Below, in pieces: positions 51,081-63,494 of a stretch of DNA of 64,000 nucleotides. The notes under the pieces are model-generated. The model worked only from the letters and a program-made list of their open reading frames with translations. It was not told the DNA's origin and searched no databases. The translations under genes and the position numbers were made by a program. The stretch comes from Carcharhinus amblyrhynchos (taxonomy: Eukaryota), in the NCBI GenBank assembly GCA_965287045.1, contig OZ336884.1:41292001-41356000 (forward strand), written 5' to 3'. Position 1 is the first letter of the stretch, and each line of letters opens with the position of its first letter.

Positions 51081-51392
51081 ATCGCTTCTTGGCTTTTTGG
51101 CTAAAATCAAGTGCAAAATCGACATGTTGCGCTTAGTTGAAGTCATTAGGTTACATTCAGCTTCATTTGAAACAATTTTTAAAAGCGGCATCTCGGCCTT
51201 TTGGCTAAGATGCAAATGAGATCAAGCCTTGGAGGAGATGCTCTGCCTACTCCAATCAGCTTGGATCATGTAGATCAAGCTCAAGACAGGAGGTGAGAGC
51301 CCTGTCTTGTCAGCTTGGATCAGGAATGTCTCAACTTGTTGAGACTCTGAATTGGACTTGATTTGATTGAATTGGAATAAAAACAAAAAAAA
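51081..51392 (+). mobile_element. U2 snRNA-headed SINE-like element, full-length copy
   Basis: Starts ATCGCTTCTTGGCTTTTTGGCTAAAATCAAGTGCAAAATC (34/40 identical to U2 snRNA nt 1-40). Internal perfect U2 nt 7-27 at 51191-51211. Ends GAATAAAAACAAAAAAAA. Two further copies in the window. Confidence 0.85.
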
Positions 51393-52179
51393 TGAAAATG
51401 ACTCAGAGTTACCAAGAGTTGACGGTTTTCTTGGGAGCTGTCAACAATAACAATTTGACTTACAACAGAAACACTTTGTTACAAAGTAGTTCAGTACCCG
51501 GGTATTACTGTAAATATGGTAATAATTTTACACATTAGCCATCTCACAATTGTGGCAAAACCAGCACACACAATCACTACTGTTACCATCAGATAAAAGA
51601 TACTTCTTCTTACATCAGCACCAATTGAAATGGGAGTAAAGCTGAACTCACTTCAATGCGGTACTAATAGTCATTGTCAGGTTTTATACCGGCTCTATCA
51701 TATATACTAGCTACCACACAACAGGAAACTAAATTGATTTCATTATTTATCACTGCACATAGGACCAGATCTTTTCAGGGCACATTTAATATTAATACCA
51801 AGTCAGATAAATAAAGAAACTAACAGGGAATTGGATGAAGTAATGGATTAAAAACATTCCCACTTTACCTCTGGGGTAAGCCAATAGTCTAAGTGATTCA
51901 TGGCAGGACAATCAGAGACACCTTGGGCAGAGGGCTTGTCTGTTGGCAAGGAAAACACTAGCAAAGATCTTGAATTTGGCTGCCTACAAAGGACTTCAAT
52001 TTACTTTTGCCATTTCTAACTTTCCTATTATCAAGGTATTGTAAGAGTTATAATGCCTGCGGATGGTAATTATGTTGGATCGATAAACATTTGGTTGCTT
52101 GAAAGCTGCTTTTGTGACTTTGTGCAAATCACTGTACCACTCTGCCTGGCATATTAAGGAGCAATTCAGCAACAAAAAG

Positions 52180-52540
52180 CATGCTTTTATACCATTGTGA
52201 TTGTGACAAGGTAAGTGATGTGATCTGCTTCCAGGTGTATGGCAATGTCATGTTGTCATGAGCAGTCTGGGGTTGGCCCTTCTCCAATTTTTCCTCTCTC
52301 TTCAGGGGGCTGCCAGCCTTCAATTGCATAGCTCCCTTAATGCTGCAGATTGGAAAGTCTCTATGTGGAGAATTGCACGTACATTTTATCATAGAATATT
52401 GGGAGAAAGATTTGTACCATCGTGGTGCAGTGTGGTCTTCTGTAGCTAAGGCACTTTGTTGAGGTATCAGAGAAATAAGCTTTCTCCTGGCTGCATTGAT
52501 GTTGCTGACCAGGTAACATTGGATAACTACAAGAGGTGGC
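52180..52540 (-). mobile_element. Possible ancient RTE-like LINE C-terminal remnant
   Basis: Weak resemblance of PRWYK..SMIKC...SIKGAMQL...REEKLEK to RTE ORF C-termini. Inference only. Confidence 0.3.
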
Positions 52541-52989
52541 AAAAATTAAGATAAAATATTCCACCCCTTAGCACTTAACTTTTAATCTTGATGAGAACTA
52601 AATTTGTCATATAAAATTAACACAGTATAAAATGACAAGCAAACATGTTCTGCCATCCAAACACACTTAAATTCATTTTCCTGTTCCCAAAAGGTGGAAC
52701 TAAAACAAACATATTTTTGCCAGGGAAGCGATTAAGGAAGACTACTAAAAGAAAAGTAATGCATCAGCATAAAGCTAAACTTCCAAGAAATGATGCAATG
52801 ACCCAATGCACTCTTTCCCCCAATATTCTGTGATAAAATGTATGAGCACAGCTGCAATTCTCCATATAGTGGCCATTTCCATTTATTTTATTTCATTTTG
52901 TTTCATCTTATTCATCTATTTGTGATGGTAATTTGTACCTCTCACTGCCTCCACATATCTCTGGCAAGGAAATCATGCAAGCTTAAACA

Positions 52990-54390
52990 CTGCCATTCTA
53001 TCCTCTACCCTGCAGAATAAGACTATCCACAGCAGAGGAACTGGCGAGGTTGGGAGAGCACCTGTCCAACTTCTGAGTCCCTTGAGATGGTGCTTGGAAT
53101 CACAGGGCTGGCAGCAGAGACTGCAGCTTATCGTGCCACCAAGACCATCCAGGAAGACACTACGTGACAGCCTGTGCAGTCTCTCAACTCCCTCTGAACC
53201 TGTATCCTCAGATGTAGCACAAATTTAAAGCTGCAGATGGTATGATCATGGACCTCTTGCTATCTACCCACTACCATCCTCACCCCAACACTCTGGTTAT
53301 GATTTGGCGTCACCTGGAAATTTTCAAAGAGGAGAAAGAAAAGCAACCCCACACTGGGGATAAGGGCGCACCATCACTCAATCTGACTCTTGGAAGACTT
53401 CAACTCAGATATTGGCATTGCATGCACTGACAGGCTTGTGCAGAGTCAGGACCTGCTTGTGCTGTGTAACTGTGCATGTGGGCTGCAGGCAAGCCAGAGG
53501 AAGACAGTGCATCATGTGTCAACTTTCCAAAGGGCAAGGATGAAGATAATGGCTGGAATTTTACCAGCAGAATGGAATTCTGTATTCTCGGGCAGGATTT
53601 TATGAGCCTCATCCAAGCGAGGTATGAAAATACTACTAGAAGGGGCTCAGATGAGGACTATGGTTGGTCAGCCTAGAGGAAAAGGCTGAGGAGTATGGCT
53701 TTTGAGATGTTTGATGCATTAACAAGCCTGCCTGGCAGGCTCCTATCAGTCACAAGACTCCATCGTGGCAATGGGAATTGCACAGTGCTTGAAGTCCATC
53801 CATTCCACTGTGGAGTTGGTGGCCAACTCCATGTCTGCACCTGCAGATCTGACCTTGGAGCATTTGGTGGCTGCTACCTCAGTTTCCAATGCAGCACAAG
53901 CAGAAAGCTCGCGACAGCTGACTGCTGCAGGGGAAGCTGAGGCTGAGATTGAAAGATTCAGGTTTCATTCCATGCTGGTTCAGATTGCTGCCTCAAAGGG
54001 AATCCAGGCTCTTGTAGCAGCTCAGCAATTAGTCCTCCAAAAGATTAGTCGGGTTGCTGAGGCAATGCCCCTTGGGGGTGGCAGCGTTTTTGTGGAACAT
54101 GGACCGGCTCTTCTCTCCAAGTGAAAACATTCGTTCTTTCATTACTGCCATTCTGCCAGTGCCCTGGTTATTGCCCATAACCCAGCTCACCCCACTGCCC
54201 ACTCGCTCAGTCGATGCTGTCAAAAACCAGTCAAGGTGAAAAACTGCTCAAGGGCATCATGCAAGGCCATCTGCAGTCTCCCCCAGTGAAAATCAGCAGA
54301 CTTTCACCAGTCATGCCACAGTCACCAGGGGCTGTGTGAGAGCACTAGGAAAAGCAAAAGCACCTGCAAAACAGGCACTAAGGGATTACA
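52990..54390 (+). mobile_element. Probable second Harbinger Myb/SANT-gene remnant (downstream exons)
   Basis: Acceptor ctctaccctgcag| then NKTIHSRGTGEVGRAPVQLLSP (cf. K.AHN..TGGG.P...L.P). Ala/Gln-rich coiled-coil-like ORF at 53765-54124. Inference. Confidence 0.4.
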
Positions 54391-54516
54391 CAAGGGTGAG
54401 TACTTCATATATGTCAGCAAAATTGAATGCTTTGTTGGATAAAGATGTTATGCGGGGGTTTTTGTGGATGGCTTTTATTGTCTGATGATGGCCAAGAAGA
54501 TGCTGCAATATGACAG

Positions 54517-54805
54517 TGGGGAATGCACAGTGGTTAGCACTGCTGTCTGTCAGTATCAGAGGACCCCAGTTCGATTCCCAGCTTGGGTCACTGTCTGCCG
54601 GCAACTGCGTGTTCTCACTGTGTCTGCGTGGGTTTCCTCTGGGTGCTCCAGTTTCCTTCCACAGTCCGAAAGATGGATTGGCCATGCTAAATTTTCCCTC
54701 AGTATATCCAAACAAGTGCCAGAGCGTGGCAACTAGGAGGTTTTCACAGTAATTTAATTGCAGTGTTAATGTACGCCTACTTGTGACACTAATAAATAAA
54801 TAAAT
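54517..54805 (+). mobile_element. Alternative-tail V-SINE
   Basis: gcacagtggttagcactgctg..gttcgattccc..cctacttgtgacactaataaataaataaat. Confidence 0.85.
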
Positions 54806-54884
54806 ATTGGTGTGGCAAAAGCTTTTTGATGGAAACAGAGCTTCTTAACCCACTCTCTGACAGCTCGCCCAATTACAAGGGATC

Positions 54885-55200
54885 CACAATCCAAAAATGT
54901 GTGATTAGGTGGATTGACCTTGGTAAATACACAAGGTTATGGAGTTAAAGTGGGTGGGTCTGGGTAAGATGCTCTTTTGGAAAGTCAATGCAGGCTTGAT
55001 GGGCCAAATAGTCTCCTGCACTGTAGGGATTTTATGATTCCATTGCAAGAGGAATGGAATATAAAAGTGGGGATGTTTTGCTGCAACTGTACAGGGCTTT
55101 TGTGACACCACTTCTTGAATATGTGTACAGTTTTGATCTCTTATTTGGAAAAAACTGCTTTCAAAGCAGTTCAGAGAAGGCTCACTCAACTCACAAAGCA
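54885..55200 (+). mobile_element. HE1 tail followed by a CR1 fragment
   Basis: ctcctgcactgtagggattttatgatt; then cattgcaagaggaatggaatataaaagt..ctgcaactgtacagggc. Confidence 0.65.
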
Positions 55201-56464
55201 GAATAAAGGACAATTTTGCATTAGCTATCAAGTAGGATGCTGAGGAGAACAGATTATCTATTAAAAGGTTCAGGACTTGCAGGTTTAAAGACCAAGGGGC
55301 CTCCAGAGTGGGCCTTGCTATTGGAAGTCTGTTCAGAAATACTCAGAAGGCTGGGTGAAGCAACTTTCAAAAGTTTCCAGGAGACTTACCTTGGTGCAAG
55401 AGAGAAGAAAGCCTGTTGAAATGCAGGAGCAATGTGGGACTTCATCTGGAACCACTTGTTGAGAGTACTGCAAAATGTATAAATTTTGGGTCATAAAGCA
55501 TTTTTGGTTGAGTTAATTCACTTAATGGAGAAGTACCTTTTCTCTAGTTTGATATATTGGAAGTAATATTTAATATATGTTAATTTTAGCTTTTTTTAAC
55601 TCTAACACTCTGTATATGATATTTTGTCATGCAATTCTGTTGGTTGTTGGAAAATTCTTTTTTTTAAGTTATTAGTCTCTGGGGGATGGTAACAAGATAA
55701 AGATATTTGTAGATTCATGGGAAAAAGGCAAAAATAAGAGATGGGGAGGAGGGTGGAAAGGGGAGAGAAGGGTCATAAAACAGACATAAGAAAGAGTGTC
55801 TGATAAAAAGAAACAGACATTTTATGGAGTATTGTGGTTAAAAAGACAGTTTTAAAAATACATTCTCCCCTATTTTCAGGCCCCATCTTTTCATCATTAA
55901 TTGCTTCTGCGTGGTCTTTCTTCAGCCAAGTGTGGAAATGCAGGGATATTGATTCCTCTAGCACTTGGAAAAAAAATCCAATGAAGCTGTGGATCACTTG
56001 ACAGGGGATTCGCTTACTGCAGGGTGAAAAAGGCACAATGCCATTTCTTCCCTGAGCTGTGACACGCCAATGCAGCGCTCTGCAGTTATGTGGCCTACTT
56101 CACCCCCAGAGGATTATTAAAATGTAGAACTGAACACCAGTCTATTGCAAGCAAACAGCAGGCATCTTAACGTATGTCAATGGGTTTAAAATCATCAATA
56201 ATGGGAACTGACACAAGATTCAATGGTTTAATAAAGAACTATGAGTAATCATCATGTTTCTCATTTATTAATTTATCACACTGAAAAGTATTCATGCAAT
56301 ATAAGTGATGAGTTGATAGATTAAAATATCTTGGGTGCACATGAGAGATTCAGCTCCTTTTATTCTAACTCATAGGACAGTAGGCAAGCGCATGTGCATG
56401 TGTGTGAAGTGACATTAGATTTATGGGATGAATATGTCAATATGTACCTCCTGCTGCCCTCCCC

Positions 56465-57000
56465 CTCCCCCAAAAGCCTGTTCACCATCTACACAAATCA
56501 GGGGTGCAATGGAATATTCTCCACTTGTGATTAATGCAGCTCCAACAGCACTCATGAAGCATAAAACCATTCTGGATAAAGTAGCCTACTTGATTTTCAT
56601 CCCATTCATACCTTCAACCACCAACGCACAATGGCAGCAGTATGTACCATCTGCAAGATACTGTGCAGGAACTCATCACATGCCCTTAGACAGCACCTTC
56701 CAAACCCACAACCAATATCATTTAGAAGGACGAGGACAATAGACACATAGGATCACCACTACCTGCCAGTTTCCTGCCAAGCCACACACCATCCTCACTT
56801 GGAAATATATAGCTGTTCCTTCATTGCCACCGGGTCAAAATCCTGGAACTAGATCTCCAAACAGCACTGTGGGTGTACCTTCACCTCAGGGACTGCGGTT
56901 GTTCAAGAAGGCAGTTCATCACTGCCTCAATGGCAATTAGCGATGGGCAATAAGGGCTAGCCTTGCCAGTGAAGCTCACATCCCAATAATGAATGTTTTA
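56465..57000 (+). mobile_element. LINE 3' end (DeuSINE-tail partner family)
   Basis: Colinear with 50240-50775. Confidence 0.8.
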
Positions 57001-60000
57001 AAAACATGGCTCCCTGCCTGCAACAATATGCTAAATATTAAAACTCTGAACGGAGGAAGAGAAGAAACCTGAAGATGCAGATTTTGATCGTCAAGAGAGA
57101 TATAGTGCACACATAAAAATAAATAGGATTCACTGATTCATACAAAGGGCACTGAATAGAAAAGCAAGGACGTTATGTGGACTTCCTGCAAGACGCTGAA
57201 AGACTAGGAGAAAAGTCAGGAAGATTGAGATTCATGGGAAATGTAAAGAATGATGAATTAAACAGGGATAGGAGATTATAGTCATGGACTAATGAAGTGT
57301 ACAGCATGGGAGGCCAGTCAACTCATTATCCCTCAGCTTGTTTGCAGCCAGATTAATTCAAAGAGAGTTTTGAGAAACTGTTGTCCACCCATCTTTTTTC
57401 TTTAATATTGGAACTGAAACAAATAAAATTTTTGTAAAGTTTGAAAACTTGAGGGGAAGTAGTTCAAAATAATCCATTGGTTGGTAAATTGGATGTTTTG
57501 TAGCAGAGCCAGAAGCCAAAGGGTTATTAAAATGCATTAGAACAAATTCACAAATGGCTAATTAGGCAGAAACTGGATCATTCAAACATATTTGAAAAGC
57601 AGACAGCAGGACAGGAGCATTAGATTGCAGTAGCTGGATGTGTTTAAAAAACCAACAGGCACAGCTTGCTGAGTTGAGCTGAGCAAACAGCTTTTTGGTG
57701 TGATTCTTATGATTCCATGACAATGTATATTTGAATTGAAAAGGGTGAAATTGGCTTTGGACATGAGTACTAAACAAGTGACAGCAAATCAGCAACAGCC
57801 TTTACACCCATCAGAATTGCCTTGTCCACTAAACAGTAAGATCGGGCAGGCTGTAAAATGCCATTTGGCATTTTCGTCCAAGACTAATTTCATCTCAAGT
57901 GTTAGGTTGGTAACACTCACACTAAGCCGAATGACAGTGTTTTGAATTTCACACCAAGATTTAAACATAAACTGAAAGAGTTCTGTATTTTGAATTATCA
58001 GATGGGGATGTTAAATATCTGGCTACCCAATGGACAGAAAAGGTCATGTTACACACTACAAATTAAAAACAGCTCGTGTCCTTCACAAATTAAGCAATAA
58101 CCTTTGCTTATAAAATCTTGCTTTGGTTAAAATGGATGTTGCCTTGTCGATATGACAGCAAATGCATTTCAGAATAAGTATCTATTACTTGTGAAATGTT
58201 TTGGGATGTTCTGAAGCTGCCAGCAATTTTGTAAGAATGCGAGCTGTTTCTTAGCACAGAATTTACACAAATCTTGCGGACTGGAATTGCGATTCATTCT
58301 CATTTAAATATCATGCTGTTGCAATAATTACAACACACGTGATCTTCGCTTGATGGGTCAACGGTTCAACTTGTGAAAAACCCTACTGCTGAAACTAGTA
58401 AAACATTTTTAACAATTTAAGATGTCTTGCAAATAATCCATTAAAACAAAGTTTCATTTATATAATTAATATTGGCTTTGATTATGATACCATTCATCAG
58501 GATTTTATCAGTTTGCCTTTAGTCTGACTTCTACTTTTCAGCAAGAAGGAACCTCGCTATCATAGTGTTCATTCAATTCCTTCTTGTTACCTTTAATCCA
58601 ATACATCTCTGTATTGTGATTGCTGGGTTATCAGAAATGGCTTTTGAAATGCTGAGCACTTTAGATGCCCATACTTACCTCCCTCAGTGCAATACTTTCA
58701 ACTACCTAGCTTCAATATTTCAGTTCTAAAAAAAATCAATACATCAAAACAGCTTGACGTTCAAAGATAATTAACTCGTGACAACTGAATTTACCTCAGC
58801 ACTTTTGACCTACCATACTTTTTGAAAACTATGAGAAAAGCTATCTTGATCTGCAGAGGACTTGTATGAAAGAAACCAGGTGGTTTAAAAAAATCTTCAA
58901 GTAATTATTTCAATCGCTTCAAATCTTCTCAGTTTGTCAGAGCATTGTTTACCCATTGAATTATGAAACCATTGCTTCTTTCAGCCCAACGGATGCAACA
59001 AAATTAAGCATAAACATGGATCTAAGTAAACTAATAGAACCTCAATTTACTCAAATGCCAAAGTGATGTTGCTGCTTGATACTAGCAATAAATTCTATTT
59101 ATGGTGCATCATATTGATTTTTCTTGTTTTACTCTTAAGGTATTGACAGGATTAAAATCATATTCAATTTGAAAAAATGACTGATGCACATCAGAACAGA
59201 AATAAGAACAGTGATGATACATCTTTGGTTGTTGGAATGAAACAGAAGGTTGTTTTTTTTGTACACTGATGCTTGTTGAGCACAAAGCACTGCTGTTATT
59301 CTTCTATCCAACTTGTGTCACACATCAATTTTTACAAGTATTGATGTCCTGCATGAACTCCATAGTGCAAAAAAGAGATTATACATTGGACCTCAAGTTT
59401 TTGCTGAGTGACTTTACCAGGTCTTGTTTTATATTGTGGTTTTGTGACTTTATGTTACATATTCTGAGGAGTATCATCTCTATTTTATAAATTATGGCAC
59501 ATCTGCTATTTGTTTCTGCTACTCGGCATTAAATTGCTTGGCAGTTTAAATCTTGCTGTTACAGTACTGGAGGAGTTTATTACTGCTGTGTTCAACTGCT
59601 TTAGTTATGCTCATTTCAAGTCCCCCCTGTCATTTTGTCAGCCCCTGTTGAATATTCTGCTATTCTTTCAAATGGTTTGCTTCACCTTTGTCTCCAAAGA
59701 CTTTTGGGAGTTGTTTTCTCTATTTCCACTTTTCCCTCTCATTAATTCACTTTGGGTCATGCTTATTTAATGTGTTTCCTTTCCTTGCATTTGTCCTTTT
59801 TCTGCATGCCTAATATTTTCATAAAAGGTCCCTTTCATTTTCAAACAGAGGCACTCCTGCAGGTTAACCTTGCCCACCTCATTCTACTTCATGCTTTTCC
59901 CTTGGTGCCATAAAATTGGCCCTTTTAGAGTACTGTTTAGCCGCACTGGTTCATCATTGCTCGTGTTAAATTTGATGTTAAGCAATTGTTAATTACACAA

Positions 60001-63000
60001 ATGACAGGAAACATTTTTGTACTAGTTTTTGACAAATTGATGCATGCTTCATTCCTTTACATGGCAATACACTGATATTGAGCTAATGAGCCTCGAATTT
60101 GAATGTTTAATCAATTACAGTAATTTGTGCAATATTCAACTACAGAATTATTGGCTGGCACAATTAATATAATTGCTTTGAGGTTAAAGCTTTATGATTC
60201 AAAGATGCATTTTTAAACAGGATTTTTTTTCTGTAAAACTGTGAGGCAAAATAATTGTTTGTATAACTGATAGATTTTTGACCTTTTAATTTCTATGCTG
60301 TTATGTTTCATTAACATGCATTGAACTCAACTGCCAATCATATTTTAAATTTGTTTTCAGTTATATTTATTATTTAGAATCAATATTTTTTAAACTCAAA
60401 TTATTTTACCACTGTGTTTAATTATCCCTACATTAAAATAATGGCCTGGATTTGTGGTCAATGACTTTGAAGGAAGATGCGAGCATCACCTAGGAATCCC
60501 CAGTATCCAGCTACAGTAATGTTACCAAGCAGGTTAAACAGCCAATTACATTGCAGAATTTTCATTGACAAGAAACCAGGAAGCAAAAAGCACTGATGAT
60601 TCTTCATTATTTAATCAATTCACAACGAAAATGAAGTTTGGGACATAAAAAGTTGCAATAACAGAATACTGTGGAACCTAATTCAAATGTAGACATTTGA
60701 CATTGCACATGTGTCATTTTTCAGTATCGCGGGGAGGGGGGTGTATTTCAGCAGTAATAATGACAAACCTTTGTTTCACATGATTCAGCAAATGCCAACT
60801 CTTTCAAGCATGTTTGCAGCACGATTAATACAGATGTTCACCTCACATTGAGTTTGAAGATTACCATTCCACTGTAAGGAAGTGGGAAATCACGGGCAGC
60901 AATTTCTAGATTTTAGTCTTTACTGCACATGTCAATGCCAGAAGTTGTTGTTGATTTCATTGTGTAACCATCAATGATATTATGATTTATCTATCATCAC
61001 AATGACAAAATCTGAGCCAATGCCATTTCAGAAAGGAAACAAGCTGCATCAGTTTTTGGTTTGCATTGTGGAAATCTATCTACAAAGCATATCAATTACC
61101 CTACAATCTGATTTGTGAACATTTCTTTCATTATTGTTATAACTTTCAGCTAATCTGAAATAATGCTAAAACTGTTAAATGTGATCACTGTTCTTTGTAT
61201 ATGGGAAATACTAGCTCATAAACAATGACTAATTCCAATATGGTACTAAGGTTAGAACAGAAAATAATCAGAGGAAAAGTATCACCCTTCAACCCCTTCC
61301 CATTAGATTTTTTGGCATACAGATATTTTTGCACGCAACAGAAAATTGACATGACCAGCTTGTGAATAGTCAGTGGTATGTTAGAGTGCCTTATCTTAAG
61401 ATATGTCAAAGGCTGTTGTCACTGTTAAATGGTCTTTCTCTATTGCTGAACCACTGCAGATAGCTGTTGATACTATAGAATCCAACACATTCACAACGTG
61501 GCTGTTCCACTGCAGCAGCAGGAACAATCAAACAGCAGCTTTTATACAAGCTAATCCCCATTCAGTTATTTGAAAATTCATTTTATTTTGGTGGCCATGC
61601 CCTCCCTCAGAGTTAGAGAAAAGATGTGCATAATTTGAGAAAGGGAAATCTGCATCACTAACCTGCACAGCTGAGCCGAGCACCCAGCCTGTCAATGGCA
61701 AAATAAAACCATGCCAGGCATCATTGACCTCAATGTTCAAGTTTGCAGCCAGTACAATGGTGCATCCTGAAACACAAGGTTAGATCATCTCTTGTGGCGT
61801 GTCTGAGTTCCTCCATTAGCAGCATTACCTCATTTACTTGCTTCTGCTGAAGTTGGACCGCCATTGGTAGCACTGCTATAATGGGAAGCTGCCACAAGGC
61901 ATTTCAAAGTGAAAGCATCATTTTAAATTAGTTCACTTCAGAGCTTATGTATCAGCTATAATGACCTTGTTAACCTCCTGTGCATTACTACAACACACAG
62001 TTCTTGAATCCTAAATGCATTCTCACACTCAAAGCATTAAACAAGTCAATAAACTATTACTGTTTACCACCTACAATAAACTATGTCTGTTTGCTGCCCT
62101 TCAATAAAGGTGTAGGTTAATTCAGTGTATGAAATTCAGGAGCATCACTCTCAATCTTCTGGCAGAAGACTGAAAGTCAAGTCATGAAATCCAAAAGATT
62201 CTCTAACCACCTAAATTTAACAGTTTTACAATTTTCTGCCTGTCAGAATTAGTTACAAGGGACATTTGTACTGGCGAAAGCGATGGCTGCATTCCCTGTT
62301 TGCAGGACTTAGCAGCACATTCTGCTTCAGACCAAAGTAGACCAATCTTCATCAAAATTAATTCAAATCCAATTCACCATCTTTCGGTTACAATAGGTGT
62401 ATCTTTGTCATTGTAAGACTGCAGGATTCTGCTTCGCCCAGAAGGAATCGTCTGTAGCTGTTGCAATTTAAAGCACTGGTGGTTTCGGCGTCTCGCTTGA
62501 GATACAGATCAGCCTCTTGAAAGTTGTCAGAAAAATGCAGTTTCTTTGAGTGATGCTTGATATGTTCTGTAAAACTTGCTGTTAATTTTTCCCATGGTTT
62601 CTCACAGCAACCTTTGATGGCTCACATGGCTCTTTCAAGTACAGATCAAATAAAATGTTTGCTGAAAGCTGCCCGTTACAGTAAACCAAGCATTTCAACT
62701 TGCGAACATCTCTATTGGCAATCATAGGCATTGCCTCCTTTCATATGGGAATCGGCGAAACATTTCATCTAAATCTCAATGAGGTGAAGTAGCTTTCTAT
62801 GCTACAAGATTATCCTGGATGTTGCCACTTTGACAGCATTATATGCTCCCCACAGAACTGGAAAGAACACATACAAAAAGGACTAATAGATAAATTAAGA
62901 CATCATTATCAAGGAGACCAAAAGTAAGGGATCAGTAGGTTAGCTCATCTGTCAAACAAACAAGCAAGGAGTTGTGCTAACCACTAACAGGATTCTCATG

Positions 63001-63494
63001 GATATTTTCATAAGGAAAATTTCTACCAGGGTTTCTGCTTAGAGAAATGTTCCTTTAGGGAGTGAGCCTGATACAGAATGGCCCAGCTTAAAATAGTATC
63101 CAGGAATGAGAGAATGTGGCTATGAAATTTCTGTTCTGCATTCAAGAATTCATCTTTTCATCAGTCAATAAGTTTAGTGTTTAGAATGATGGAAAATTCT
63201 GAACAAATGCAGATGGTGTGCTATTAGCACAGACCCACGGAAATATCCTGTGAGAGAAATGACTCAGATGGAGGGGCTGGTGGGAGTGAAGGGGTGGAGG
63301 AAGATACAAAGGGAAGAAAGAACTTGTGTTGTGGAGGATTTAAAGATTTATTACAACACCGAGACAGGCATTCGCTGATTTGCTTTTACTACACTTCAAG
63401 AGTAACAGTGCTGGGGGTGGCACTTCAGCCCCTGTGGCTGAACTGGCTTTTTCAAAAAGCTGATGAGATGTTAGTGTACCTTTAAGGGTTTCTT

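Noticed and set aside
51081-51270. Functional U2 snRNA gene or simple U2 pseudogene
   Set aside because: U2 similarity stops at nt 40. Stem IIa/IIb, a canonical Sm site and stems III/IV are absent, and the same non-U2 body is shared by three dispersed copies.
58671-58680. ATACTTACCT, identical to the U1 snRNA 5' end
   Set aside because: Only 10 nt with no further U1 sequence. It is equally the reverse of a consensus donor, with no supportable exon upstream.
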